From: Styela clava
Lineage: Eukaryota
Assembly (NCBI RefSeq): GCF_964204865.1
Contig: NC_135255.1
Location: 14,756,001 to 14,820,000, forward strand
Direction of reading: 5' to 3'
DNA length: 64,000 nt
Shown here: positions 1-14,575 of the stretch, piece by piece
How the letters are laid out: each line of letters starts with the position of its first letter
Position numbering within the stretch: position 1 is the stretch's first letter
Notes under the pieces: model-generated
Told to the model about the DNA's origin: nothing
Database searches by the model: none
The model's input: the letters and a program-made list of their open reading frames with translations, nothing else
Made by a program: the position numbers and the translations under genes

Positions 1-253
1 ACGTCAACTAAATATATATTCACACAATCCGATGCGAAAAAATATTCCTTACCTAACTTAACCTAAACCTCTATACTTCATTACTTTATCTGTTTAATGA
101 TGTGTATAAACACATTATAACACAACTGATAATTATAAAATATGCATATTCTAGAAATACGCTTTCATCTCATATGCCTTAACATACATCTTTGAATCAA
201 ACTATTTTCATATTGTTAGTGTTGAATTAGTTCGCCGAAAGCTAAATCAATAC

Positions 254-3200
254 CTTCTGGTCTTGCTTTCGGTGTTGGCAGTCCTGCATCAGTCATAAGT
301 TCAAAAGCGAATTTTACATTGTGGACTTTATGGTCAAATGATTCTGGCGTGAGGTTGAAACTATGTAAAGGAACAAAGTATCCCTCCAGCATGCCCATCA
401 ATAGAACAAGATATACTCCATCAGCAAACTAAAAACAGATGTAAATTGGCAGTTCACAAGAGATTGCAAAGTAAAATATGAATAATCAGGACCTGATGGT
501 CAACATTTACCCAATCATAATTCAACCTAAAATAATGCAATACGCATAAGTTCATATGAGTTCATATTTACGCCTTAAGATCTGTGATACAGAATATATT
601 TGTTTTCATACCTGTGTGTCTAAATCTGTGACAGCGAGGTTGAGTTTGTCCAAATGACGATTTGCAAATTCTATGAGAGATCTTTTTACTATATTTAGTT
701 TGTCGGGTGCATGATCAAATAGGGTATCAAAGGCATCTCGTTCTGAAAATAAATTCATTGGCATTTTGATGTTAGTTGAGCTATTAATTTAACATGGTCC
801 TAAAAGCTGAATGCAAGTACCAATTCATCAAACATTCGTATTCAATAACAATTTAATATATATGAATGGAGTATTCTAACAAACTTCTGTTCTTGTCCAA
901 TCTGCGATTCCCCGAGAAAAATCATATTTTGTAATATATATGCATTAAAAATATGAACAGATCTCTAAGATCGGTGGCTCCAACCTTATTCATTAAATTC
1001 CCTACTTTGCCTATTTTGAAACTCATCATTCCTCCCTCTGTATATATGGAATCATGGAAAGTACTTTGTTTAATTTAATTTAGCTAGTGTTATGCGCAAG
1101 TCGCAGTCTCGCTTTTGACTGGTCCAATGTGTGCATGAATAAGCATTATAGTAATAATTAAGAACTAAAGAATAATATTACTGATACCACAGCAGGTACA
1201 AAGAAAAATTTCTCCCTGGGGAGCAATTCCGCTCCAGTTCGGAAATGAGATTTAAGATTTAACTTTTACAATGTTTCATATAGCTGAAGGACATTGCAAA
1301 AAAAGCCAAGGGCAATAAAAAGTCTCTTACCAAATTTGCCTCCTGTCATTTGGCTGTAAAACAATATGAACTAATTAGAAACAAATATTCAATTGTTAAA
1401 AAAATGTTTGCTTTGCTTGAATAAGCAATTTGAGCCTGGAACCTTTGACATTGTATGTTAATCAGGCCAAATTGTAGAGAATGAAAAAATCCAAATGATT
1501 GAATTTCAATAATTTTTCTAATGATTCATTCCACCCAGATCAATAGGGTGTTTGTAATATAAAGATCTAGTCCTGTCTTGCATGTGAGGAAAATAATTTT
1601 AACAACATATTAGTTTAGTACTGCAATAAAACAGAGGGCTATTTTGTCAATTAGGCAAACTTTTCTTTCACAGGACAAAAACATCACTCGATTATAACGA
1701 ATGATACCTATATTTCAATTCATTATTTATAACATATCGTAATTTATTACAAAGCAATTGAAATAATTAGATACATTTTACAATTCAACTTACTCCATGG
1801 TAGAAGTGATTTGCTCCTCAACCATTCTGTGTTCTAACTTTCCACCAACTTTCTTGACAACAACAACCTAAAGAAAAGTGTTTCAATCGTTTAAGAATAA
1901 TTGAAGACAGACAAAAAAGAAAGTTAATGAGTCCATAAATATCAAGTATTGACCTGATGATATACAAATACATCTACAACCTTATAACAGACGGACAAAA
2001 ACAATTGACATTTAAATTGTTATATAAAAATGTCATGAATACTGAAGATTCCTTATTTCAAAAATGATTATGGGATAAAAATAAGATTTGATAAATGTAA
2101 GTAATGATCACATGAAAGGGTATTTATCTGCAGAAGTTGGAATTGCATAATTTACAATTAAGGACTTGATTTATCAAGCTAGAATTAAAATATATCACAG
2201 CCAAATACACAAATAATAATAGAATAATGATACATAAGCAGCATATAAAAACAACATACTTTAATATGAACATCTTCTGGCAATCGTATCGGTGCTTTAT
2301 AATGGGCAGCAAGTGCTACTAGTAAATGAAGTATTGCAATAAGATTCTTTGAATGGATACCTGAAAAAGGTGAAAAGTCATAAACACAGCAGTAATGATT
2401 TCAGAAAAACACTGAATTAAAAAAATTGGCGCTCGAGAAGTATGTATGCCAATATGGAGGTCACCAATTTTGTTCGCCTATTTTACATCAAGTTATGTGA
2501 AGGGACTGAAACCTATGGGCAGGGGGATATTTACTCGGCTAACACAGACATTCCTCGAACTCGTAATAGCACTAAAATAAGGAAAATCGAAATAAAATTA
2601 TGGCCCAACCTCAACCTGGCACACATACTTCGGGAGTACCAAAAAATTTTAGGTAAAATATGTCTCGAAAGAGCTTGTCTATAGTCATGGAAATGGCATG
2701 GTGTGGTTTTGAATCCTTACAAGATAATCAAGTGTGTAGTGGGCTAGTAACTGGATGAGATGTCATAATTAACAATATAATTAAGCTGTCTTATAGGCTT
2801 CACTCTTTCCCTTTAAAATATGAAAATCCTATCCTATTGAGATAAGTCAAAAAAAACTGATGACACAGAATGTTCCGATCATAATCATTTTCAGAAAGCA
2901 GTCTTGATAATTATAATTAACAAAAATGCGAGCTAAAATTTAAATTTTATTTTCTTGGATTATGCTTGTGTGTGTCCTAAAAAAAATTACATTGTAAAAT
3001 ACTTACTATCAACACTCCATTTAGTTTCATTCCAGCTTTGTATTTGTAGTTGTTGACTGACTTTATCTAGAACTGCCCTGAGTTTATCTTTTTGTCCTTG
3101 AGCTGTTTGCGTAACTTCCGGAACCTAAATGTTTCGTAGTACAATATCATATTTTTGTTGTATAGGTATACAGAAACAATGTCATGTCTAAATTTGAATT

Positions 3201-4967
3201 TATCTTGGAAAGGTATTAAAAATTATATTACAGAAAAACTCCCCGTTGTAATTGACTAGCTATCTCATTAAAACAGTGAGTAATTTTTACACTCAATATG
3301 AGCAAGATTGAGATAGGTTTGGCAGGAGTAAAGAAATAGAACGATAATAGAAAAAAGTCAAGCCAACCTGTAACTTGACATCACCAAGTTTTTCTAAAAG
3401 TTTCTGCAAAACTTGTCCATCAAACAAATCTTCTTGTATATTTTTAACAATAATTCTTTGTTCGACAAGAACATCATCAATCCATTCCATGAGAACCTAA
3501 AACAGAAGCAATCAGAGTAAGGCAGTGGTTTCCAACCTTTTATGGCTCATGGCTTTCCTGTTTATTAAATCAGTGATATTTATAGTGTTATCTTGATTGG
3601 TAGATTTCAAATCCCAATATGTTCAAACAATTTATACTCAGCAAAGTGAAAACACTCTGCGAAATAACCTTATCGAGCAATGAAACTAGGAAGAACGCGA
3701 GGTTTTCTTGTAAAGTGAAAAGTAAAATGAGTTTTGCGTCTAGCATTGTGGCCTTCTCTGACTGCGTTGTGGCCCCCTTGGAGGAGAACAGATGGAATAG
3801 GGTTTGTTCAAACAGATGAAACAGCCGGAAATACTACCAGACTAGACCTACTGAAATTTTTTTTATCTATATAATTTACCTATTAGCAAACATGAGCTGT
3901 CAAGATTAATAATTAGGTAATGTCCTTTGACAGGGTTTTCATCAACCATTATAATCAATATATTAACAGTAGTATATTAAACAAAAAATTAAATAAGAAT
4001 AATGATATATTATGTAGTTTTTTTAATATTCACACATAAAGTGAGTGAGTAATGTAACGAATCCAGAGTTGTCAATCACACGCACATACTATTAGGACTA
4101 AATTAAACAAAATTAAATAATTTTTTTAAAGTATTTATTAAGAAATTTATGTGTTCTGTTTTTAGGTCACCCTGTACAACTCTAATGAAATTCAATTCAC
4201 ACCCGCTCAAGATCCACAACATCTTTAGCTTCTCTTGATTTTTGATCGATCATAGATCTCTCTTCTCCTTCTTCTAAATGGAAACTCGAAGGATCAATCT
4301 CTTGTGTGACTGTACCTCCATCAATTGCATCTCGAGCTTCTATGTCCAATGCATTTACTGCAAGAGAAAATCAAAAGTTAGAGTACACACTCACATTAAA
4401 ATAGTTTCGAAAAAAGGAAGGAGTAAAAATTCTAACGATTTTAACAAAAGTAATTTAAGATACCACAATTATAACAATGTTTTTACTCGCCAAAGGCCAA
4501 GTTGACAAAGTTATGATTAAAAATATACTTTTGATGACAGTTGATAATAAGATTTGTATGATCAAAATATGGCCACATAAAAATTACAATTTGTGGCTTT
4601 ATATTTGATTCAATATCAACTACAAATCAACCAATTACTTGGTGACACTATTCTGTAATTGGGTAATTTGTGGCATTAGTACATTGAAAATTTGAAATAG
4701 AAATAGCAACACAGGTCTTTATAATTTAACAAAAATTAATTTATATTTGATTCGATAACAAAGAACCTAGAAATCTACAATAGAAAAGGGGAGCGGCAAC
4801 ACCAATCTTTATATGATCTGACAAAGAATTGCCAATGTATGATAAAGTTCCATCCAATATCTGAATATACCAGAATCTCGTTGCTTTTTCTTGCGTCCAA
4901 GTGTTAATGAAAAAAATCCTTCAGATTTTTCCGGTTCCCTTCTTGCGGGAGATTTCTGGTATGACAT
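254..4967 (-). CDS. PARV: Parvin (alpha/beta-parvin-like, two CH domains); 9 exons visible, final exon lies left of the window
   Basis: Exons 4967-4871, 4357-4203, 3496-3368, 3124-3007, 2360-2260, 1867-1794, 1353-1331, 742-612 and 428-254, all GT-AG and in frame. Peptides MSYQKSP...LGRKKKQ, EWIDDVLVEQRIIVKNIQEDLFDGQVLQKLLEKL, ERDAFDTLFDHAPDKL and FADGVYLVLLMGMLEGYFVPLH...KARPE are parvin hallmarks. Confidence 0.96.
2428..2640. mobile_element. Palindromic MITE family, variant with a distinct arm, in a parvin intron
   Basis: Ends ggcgctcgagaagtatgt...acatacttcgggagtacc; homologous in reverse orientation to 31337-31556. Confidence 0.75.
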
Positions 4968-5643
4968 TTTGTATATCCGTTGTTTAATTTCAAATTACAA
5001 TGCTTCTAATTCAACTGAATTCATAAGTTTCAGAGTTTGGTGATGTGTTCATCAATTGTTATCAATTAATTCATTCAAATATTGAAATAATGAGGTACAA
5101 TAATTTCACTATATCCAGATATATGTATACTGGTATATGCTGCTACCGCTGTTTCAGAATTAACAACATCTCCTTTCTGCCACATTCTGACATTGACAGA
5201 AACTGTTGAATGTTCGCGGATACCGTACGGTACCGGTACCGTACCTCAGCAGTTCAAACTGCGGAACTGTGTTCAGTTCAGTTACCGTATGCTACAACGG
5301 CACAATGGATTTTTGTGCGAATTCCATGTTAGATTATCATTTGAAAAACTGAACACTCTAGTCTATTTGTTATTAATATAATATAGTTCAACGTCCCGGT
5401 ACCTCAAAAATCTAAATGATCTGTCGGGGAAGCCAAACGCACATATTATCCTGAAAACGCAATTACTGAATTAAGAATGAGCCGTATACGGCGGCAATAC
5501 CTATGACGTCACTGGCACACCCACCGGTGCTGCCTCCCACCAAAACAAATTTGTATAAGTCTAATCACCGAAACCAAATATTCTTACAAATAAGTACCGG
5601 TACCGGTATCCAATCGGTTGTCTCATTCTACCGATGTCTGGCG

Positions 5644-6495
5644 TAGAGTTGGATTATCCGGATAGCGGTTATCCGGATAACCGATTAACCGAGAGGTATT
5701 TTACTATCTGATATCCGGATAATATTGTGACGGTTAACCGGATAATAGAGGAATATAAATAATGTATATGCGCATTAGTAATTTTTATATTTTTTGTTGA
5801 GTGGCGTCTTGACATCTCCCAGACTCCAGAGCATATAATAACACCTTCTATTCACACTACTCTGCCCATATTTAGCCACCAATTAGGTTGAAAAGCATTG
5901 AATGTGTGGGTGTGGGTTTGTGGCTTTTTGGTCAGGTGTGGCTTTTAGTTTATTGCGTGTATTGAAGGAACGCATTTCATGCTGGAACAAGCCATGACTT
6001 AATTCCCAATACTTCGTAATCTATGTGATCTGTGTAGCATTTCTAAATTTTTGGTTTACGAATGCATGTAATGTGCATGTTTTCAACTTCTTAAATTTTT
6101 CTATTGCGCAAAATAACCAATTTGTGGCTGATTCGAGCATTTTAAAATGTCTTTCCATAATAACTCTGTTCAACGTATCTCTCGATTGCGTCGACATACG
6201 TTGAAATTAAAGCACTTCTACTATAAAATGCCACCGCATTCTGCATATATGAAAATACGTAGTAAGCTGCACAAATAATATCAGTTTTTATTCGTATTTT
6301 TGCGATCTTGCAAATTTGAGCTATTAACAATAGAACTGTGTGGTGGTTTTTGATCAATTCGCCGTAAAAATCTTGCGAAATCGGATCTTTAAAATTAGCA
6401 GTAACTATCCGGTCAACCGGATAGTTAAAATATGGAATACCCGGATATATCCGTTATCCGGATAGTAAAAATTATAGGTATCCGAACTAACCCTA
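5644..6495. mobile_element. Non-autonomous hAT-type element
   Basis: Perfect 8-bp TSD gtctggcg (5636-5643 and 6496-6503); termini tagagttgg / ctaacccta; subterminal ccggata/tatccgg repeats at both ends. Confidence 0.88.
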
Positions 6496-6754
6496 GTCTG
6501 GCGGATAGGGTAGTTTATCGCGCTATCCGCCAGAAATGTTCATGCATTGCAGCATTGGGGGCCCATTCAAATATGCGTAAGGATAACTCACACACAGACC
6601 GACCCTTCAGACGTCTTCAAAATGGAAAACCAATAGCGATGAACGTACGATCCGACCTTCGATTTGTAGAATCAACAGGCAGGATAAATATTCAATTCCG
6701 CCGAACTGATTGAGAGGACATCGACAGTTTGTCGTTTGAGGTTTGTTGGTTTAA

Positions 6755-7057
6755 CTGGCATGAACAAACTACGGCCCGCGGGCCAAATCCGGCCAGTTGA
6801 GTAATTCAATCTGGACTGCCTAATGCTGCCATACCTAAACTAAAACCAAATTTTGATGTTTCAGCTAAAAATAACTAGGAATTTGGTAAATTTGCGATTC
6901 AATTTAGTTTCGGCACGAGGCCTATTGCTTTCCACGTCTGCTCTTGTAACACTGTGAATATTGTTCATATAATGTAACTTTTACGTCACACTTACATGGC
7001 CCGCCAATGTGGATGGGCAAATTTTATGGCCCTGGGTTCAAAAACCTTGCCCACCCG
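6755..7057. mobile_element. hAT-like MITE remnant
   Basis: Ends typical of hAT MITEs (aaactacggcccgcgggccaaatccggcc ... accttgcccacccg); no clear TSD. Confidence 0.55.
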
Positions 7058-7099
7058 TAAACAGTGAGCTTGCTTTTGATTGCCAAAATTCATTAGATC

Positions 7100-10000
7100 T
7101 TGACTGATAACTCGACGCGAGGCAGAGGAGCACCATAGCCTATATGATTTGCAGTGTTTTCTCTTTTTCTCATCCTCCAGCTATTTTGAAGCCGGTACAA
7201 TCCGGTCCGTGTACAGGACTCTCATATCGCCATGGATAACTTTTATTTCATTTTTTATTTTAACCTGATTTTTGTCATCTTGTATTTTATAACAGTGCAC
7301 ATCGTCCAGCAATTCATCATTGTGGATGGCTAAAATCTCCCAAATCATTCCACGGCACTTTTGCTTTAGTTGAAGTGGCGAATCTTGTGGTCTGATGGGT
7401 CTTTGACATGATCTCTAGAGGCCGGTTATTTGTCAAAACCATTCATGTTCAAGAAAACTAGAAAACCATTGGTTCAGTAGTTTTCTCGAACATGAGCACG
7501 AACAACTACAGGTTAGCAAAGCATTTCAATGGTCCACTTCAAACTCACTTAAGTCTGCTGTACCATGTCACAAATATTTGTGGTAATGCCATAACCATTG
7601 AAAGTAAAAGAAATGAGTGTGTTGAATTGATAGGCCTAGGAATAAACATGACAAATAATCGATAAAAATACTTACATTCATCTTTATTTTCCCAATTCGA
7701 CCAAGCCATGTGCGCCATTGTGAATATCTTTTCTTTAGCTTTCTTCAATACGGTATCACAAAAAACACGTCTAGAAGTTGTATTGAACAAAACTAGCTAA
7801 TTGACACAAAATTTGATATAAATAAGCTACTAAAAATTAATTATCAACGGATTTAATCTGCAATGAATAATTCAAAGAACATTCATTTCAATAAGTAATG
7901 CTTGTTTACTAGTCAAGTTCCAATGGAACGATTGTCACAAAATATAAATTAGGTTCGGAATATATTCTTATTCATTTACAAAAATTCCTCTTTCACTTCA
8001 TAAACTCAACCAAACCAATCCTGACGTTTAAAAGAAATTCATTTGTTTGAAAAAGCACCGAAATCAATGAAAAATCACTGAAGAGTTTCAATAAAAAAAA
8101 TCGTGGAATCATTGACAAATCCCTTTCTACAAAGGCTTTCGCCGTACATGTGGAATAGAATGCTCGCTTGACTTTTTAGTTTAAATCTAATACAAACAAT
8201 ATTCTAAGTACTCGCTTTCTTAGCCATAAAACTATTTTTCTCCCTATGTTTGTTAGTTTTACATATCCTGTGTATTTCTCGTTCATACTCTGACAATGTG
8301 GTGATAGCTATTGATCCTGCCTAATCTAAAAAGTATTCGCAATTCGAAAATACCTATACACACCATTGGGCTAAATATATTATAAGAATGCTATGATGTA
8401 AGTTTATGTGTCGACAACATCCATACTTAAACAGATCTTCGTGTGAATATTGTTATATGTATTGTGTTCTCATACGCCGACGTCTGTGCAATCAACGTCA
8501 CAAAACTACAATATATTCCCAAAACGTGCATTTTATGCACTTAAAATACGTGATCAATATTTTATTCTGGGATAGAGTTTTATCAGTCTTTGTGAATTTA
8601 TGTGAAGTCTGAAAGTCGATAAATTTAGCAAAATCGATTAACAAATAATTGATCAAAAAACTTCAACGTGCTTGAGAAAATTCACATTTGAAATTTTAAT
8701 CTAACTAAAATATTGGGATGAAAATATGTTTGAAAATATCATAAAATAATAATCATCTTATATTGCTGTCGTTAGAGTACAATGTCGATAATGGTACACT
8801 AAAAAGAATGAACGACTTGTAGTAAGAACAAGGGCAATATCTATCCACGGTACTTTATATTTCCATCTTTCGTTATCACCTTCTAAGGCGCCATAGAAAT
8901 AGAACGGGGAAATTATATATCCATTAAATTCGTCCCGTTTCGGATTTATTTTGATCACGAATTAAGACACATTACAACAATCCAAGTTTTCTCAGAAATG
9001 CGGATCAATTGCTTTGATTGTATGAGTTAATTTGTCTATATATAAAAAAAAGTCGATAGATAAATGAATGCCAATTTTATACAATAATTAACATAGTCCA
9101 CTACATATTGCGATTTTTTAAAAATAACTAATATAAGATCCCGATTCATGAAAACTTTGCAACAACAAATCACAAAAAATGAAATTTTCTGTCATTTTAA
9201 CCATAAGTGCCCCTTGTCTTACTCTCTCCATTCAAACTTCTCTCCATTCAAAAGCATAATTTACTTGTTCTATCACGTTTTAGGGAGTATAGAGTTCCAA
9301 ATAAATACTCTGTCGAAAGAAAGCAGTTTAGGTACATTCGGTTCTTAAATACCATATTAGTTTTACATGGCAATATATTGCTGAAATCATTATCATTTGC
9401 CACCACTATAGTTCACTTTTTTACGGAACCTAAGAAAAGTATCGATTATATAGTTGTTTGCTACATTTGAACATTTCTCACCTGCCTGATCTTCCTTCAT
9501 TATCTGAACACATTAAATTGACATTGAAACTCAAGCTTATTTCATGAAAGGCACAAAGTAATTACGTTTTTCGTTTTACATCAATATAATGAATAGAATT
9601 TTGTGAGTTTTATTCGTTTCAATATTTACATCGATCACTCTCTATATGTATTTTTCGCTTGAATGTGTAATGAGACAATTTGACACATTAAACTATAATA
9701 TTAATTATGGTACTGCAGCAAAATTGATCAAGTTCAAAACTATATAATAGATCAATTTTGTCAATAACAGTTTACTTATAGATTACTGAATGACCTAATA
9801 CGGGTTGCTATATAACGAAATAGCAAGCAAACTATTGCGCAATCACAAATCAACTACAAATTTACGGTAGTGGTATATGTATGTAAAAATAACAAACCAA
9901 TGCTGTGCAAATATATACAATTCTGATTCCATTACAACATATATTTTCGTTTTTTAAAAATCATAAGTCATTTTCATATCAAACCTCAACTGTTGTAATG

Positions 10001-10470
10001 AAAATATAAAATCGAGATGAATCAAAATAACAAACAAACGAAAGTAATTGAAACTTTGCTGTCTGCCCACAGACCGTGCGCTAAAACTCAATGCGATTCC
10101 AATATCTTGTACTATTGCCAATTCAAAACCATTACTTGTTGCATTACTGCCATTTCCCTGTCATGAGATGACGTTTTTATGTGCAATGCCAAAGAAGAAA
10201 TCTATATAGTCAGGCATTGTGATTTCGGACCAAACTTGGCCAAACGTAACCAATCAGACAATTTCACATCCGGAAATCGACCCTCACTTGCTTTAAGACC
10301 GGAAATGCAAGCAATATTACAAATCGTCCACGTAGTGAATTTCACTTTTCAATAGAACCAGTACAGCCGCATACAGGTCAAATCCCCTCAAATTCTGTAG
10401 ACATCATTGAGCCGTGATGTATTCATGGCATTCACATTATTCAGGTGAACGAGGAACACATATCATCTGT
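7100..10470 (-). pseudogene. Candidate decayed multi-exon gene with a SOCS-box (BC-box)-like motif
   Basis: Minus-strand frame at ~7378-7340 reads PLQLKQKCRGMIW, preceded by in-frame stops. Further protein-like, stop-interrupted stretches, some with splice-like edges, at ~7790-7676, ~8960-8780, ~9400-9130 and ~10465-10060. Linking them into one gene is inference. Confidence 0.35.
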
Positions 10471-11474
10471 TGAGACGATAGTGGAACCGAAAATAAAATA
10501 TGACGAAATATGTTTTCTATACTACCTCACACTATAAAAAAGTCAGAAGGTCATTCCCACCAACTCTTCAATTGTTTGCCTAGAAACATTGGAGTTTTGA
10601 AAATGAAATTCCAGAATTATGAACTGCATTCTTGAATAGGTAGTATTGTAGAGATTAGAACTGTCTACAGGGCAGTATCATGGACTTCGGATTCAGAGGC
10701 CCTAAGTACTTTACTTTTTTCACCTTGGTGACCTATATATAAAAATAATAGTAATGTAACTAGTATTACGTGTTATTTGAAATTGAATATATAAGTTCCA
10801 GTATTCATTACTGATTGAGAGAAAGACTTATTATTCCTCAACCAAAAAAAAAACAATCTTGATGGAAAGAAATAAGAATATCGTTTCTTGGGTAGATACT
10901 GGATGGGCGATACGACCATACGGTCATCGGTCATTAATTTACATGATATTTTTTGGAAATAATTTTCATACCTAAAAACACGGAGAGGTTAAATGATACA
11001 TGAGAAAGAAAAATGAACAAAATTTATTTCAACCGTGCCAATATTGAAGTCTAAATCGTCTGACCAATCATTTCATTCAACACTAAGGTACTATTGAAAA
11101 CTCGGCTATGAATAATTATGTATCACTTAGTACCTTGAATACGTGCTTATTTTGCTTAACGTTGTAACCCAAACGAATACCTTCGGTGAAATCGAATATT
11201 AGCTGTATTGAAGTTACGGTGGAATGCTATTTAAACGTTTAACGACTGAGGCTTTTTAACAGTATTGAAGGTACGGTGTAATGCTATCGTTCAACGACTG
11301 ACGCTTTTTAACAGTACTGTTACGGAAGTGTGGATCCAATTAGCATATTTTATAGATATTTTAAACGGCCTTCGTCCAGCCGATCTGTACAGATTCCCGC
11401 TTGGCCAGTAACGTTCTATGCCTGAAGTTTGTTCCCAGAACCTTCCTTCTCTGTGTAGATTTCAAGCTGTATAG

Positions 11475-12465
11475 CAACGATGGGCAAACCGCGGCTCGCC
11501 AAGGTTTTTATGCCGCTCTTTTCGCCAGCATTAATTATTTTCCAAATTTAATTAAGAGAAACTGTAGTGTAACAGCTTTCTTTTAATTTATTAGTTGGTA
11601 GAAGAAGTTTTCATCAATGATTAAGACAAATTATGTTTTAGTATGAAAATCCTTGTAGCGTGGAATTTTAAATCAGTCAAGCGACCGCAAGCAATCACTG
11701 ATGAGCTGCTAACTCAGAGTAAAGTCAGCAATGTCAAATGGCACCATGAAACGAATCACAAAAACTTCGGCAAGAAAGACAGCAGAGATTTATGATATCA
11801 TTTGGCAAGGAATCCGATGCATCAACTGAAGCTAGTTGGACACGTCAGTGTACATAACGATCGTTTCAATATTACGTTGTTGTTCTTGTTAGTATCATTC
11901 TTCTCTTTCGTCATGATTGCTTTGAAATTTTCAGTGCTTAAAGTTTGATTTTTTTGCCAGGAGGCTATTACTTTTACTTATTTCAAAAATTTCGGTGGAC
12001 TTCAAGAGATTCGTTTTTTATGTGTCAGAATACAAAATAGCGACACTTTGTGACGTGTCCATATATTTGATCACTGCTCTCTTGTTTTGTTATGTCATGG
12101 AATATTGCTCGTGCTAATCATCCATACTCTGACTGTATTTTGTGAAAAAAAATATATTGCTAATGTTCTCAGTCAATAGCCCAAACGCCGGTTTTGCGTC
12201 GCACTATACAAACTACACGCATCTCCAAATTAGAATCGATGTAACAGTTCCAAAGCAACATGCTTTGATGAGCTCTTATTTTAATAATTTCAAAAAAGTC
12301 ACATAAATCTGACTTGCGGCATGCGGTTCTTATACTAAAAAATTTGGCGCTCCGGAAGATGACGCACAAACTGAACAACCCTAACCTGGTACTCATACTA
12401 TGTTCAGGTTGTGCGCCATCTTGGTACGAATACTTCGGAAGCACCAAAAATTTTGCCCACCCCTG
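11475..12465. mobile_element. hAT-type MITE hosting two nested elements
   Basis: TIRs caacgatgggcaaa / tttgcccacccctg; TSD ctgtatag / ctatatag (1 mismatch). Contains a HINE-like copy (11836-12086) and a shortened palindromic MITE (12346-12445). Confidence 0.78.
11836..12086 (+). mobile_element. Helentron-associated (HINE/DINE-like) non-autonomous element
   Basis: ttggacacg ... (ttg)n ... cgtgtccatatatttga...ctctcttgtt; same family as 24370, 51817, 52790 and 61266. Confidence 0.7.
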
Positions 12466-14575
12466 CTATATAGCTACTGCTTCCCCACTGTAGTCGTTTG
12501 CGACTCTTCGGTCAGTACTCTTTCGAATCTTTGTTCAAGTTTGGCTTGAGAACTAAATGTTATATGCAACAGTCTAACTCAGAGATCGTTGAAAAGTTCA
12601 AGTTGTTCAAGTTTAGCTTGAAAAAATGCAACATTCTAATTCAGAGAACGACAAAGTAGTACATGAAAAAAATATATACATTTGACCAACTAACGGTGAA
12701 TATTTGACACCTGGAAAGTTTTATATAGGCGTTTTATCAATCATATTCGAACTCCGAATAGCTTTACGGAACCCTCAGAAAGTACCGTGCTGTGTATATG
12801 GTTTTGTTATCGTCCGCTTTCCTTCAACAGTTCATTGTATCAGTTCTGTTACTTGATCTGATATTAACTATTATTAAATTAAGTAGGCAGGTGCTGAGGT
12901 ACAATAATATGATGAACAAATATAGGTGATACTTGTGTGATCTCAGTGATTTTAGTTAGAGTTAAAACTGAATTCCATGTGAATGTTTTAATGGGACCAA
13001 TGCATACCAGAATGACAACCAAATATCCTATGTTCAATGCCTATTGCTGTAACGTTACCAATATTTGCTTAAACTTTCTAATCCCGAGATGAAACATAAT
13101 GATAATATCAAGTATCCCTTTCCATTCGTTTCTAGATTATTGATGACACAACACAGCCTATAAGGGGAATTCTGATACACCCATGGCTAGGGGTTGAACA
13201 ATGAATACGGTTTTGATATTTCATTTATTTATATCGTAATAAACAGATACGTTGCGTTCAGCGCACTTGTTTTGTTTCTTTTAAAGGATTTGGATATTTC
13301 TACGTTTCGCCACGATGGAAGTTTTTCCGTCTGTGCTTTATATGGTTCTTGTGATTACTATATTCAGCAATATGGCAAGTTTAGTTGGGAGCTGTCGATT
13401 TATAACAGATCAGAGGCAACAAGAGAGAAACAACCCATCCGAAACTGATTGTAACAGTGAGTTACAACCTAGGCTGGTTGGTCATTCATATTTCCAAAGT
13501 AATATTCATAGGTTGGTGGATTTAGCGAGTTTTACTAGTGGTTTTTAAGTCATTTTCACGCTTTAGCGAGTGTTTCAGTGAATTTTTAAGGTTTGCACGT
13601 TTTAACGAGTACATTGGTGGTTTTGACGGATTTTAAGTTGCCGATAAGGAGGTGGTCTCAATTAAAAGTGGAATGAAAAACTGTGACATCACACTGCGTC
13701 GTTCCTGTAAATAATGGCTGTTTTGCCCATTTCGACGCATTTAAGAAGCTTTTGACATCTATCATGAAATACATACACTCACATTTTCTCCAAGAATCGA
13801 TTTTCATCTCCAAATCACAGAGAATTCGATAAACACAACGTGTGAATGTCGCATATTTTTGGAGATGTATTTGACTATTATTTGTATTCAATTCGGGTAA
13901 CCAATGTCGGGTTTTGCTAAATTCATGAAATATTTACGGAGTTTATGAGCTTTAAAGTGACATAGAATAGCAACTTTGCCAAAGTGAGTTTCACCAAATT
14001 CAGCTCTGTAATGGCAAAATATCATTCACTCTAGTCACTGTGCTTTTTGGACGTTTTTTGTAGGTGACATACACTTATAAACACAAATAAATTCGTGACA
14101 CGTTCTAATTTAATTTTGTATGAAAACCAAATTGTATATAAATTGGTGGAGGCGAAGCAAAATGAGTTTTTTCCAGTAGCCAGTTTAACAATAATAGAAA
14201 ACCTAATAAGTATTTGATTATGAAGAATTTGGACGATATAGGCCTACATATATTGTATTAATATAGTCTCTCGGATTTGAATGTAAACTTGAAGGGAACA
14301 CCTGGTGTGTGCTGGGGTGCCGCGGAAGCCTGATTGAAGCCCACTGGGTTAGATGAAAGATAAAAACAGTTGTCGGTAGAAAACATTTTTAAGTTTCCAA
14401 GTTTCTTTTACTTTAGATTAGCCATTATAGAATGAACTCTTCGCAAATGAACTGTTAAAACTGTTTTTTTTTTACACCAGACTTCGGTCATTTTTTATTT
14501 AATTTAATTCTTCTTCAGCAAGATTATTAGAACTTTCACTTTGGTATCGAACTAGGTACAAAGTGAGAAAAACTG

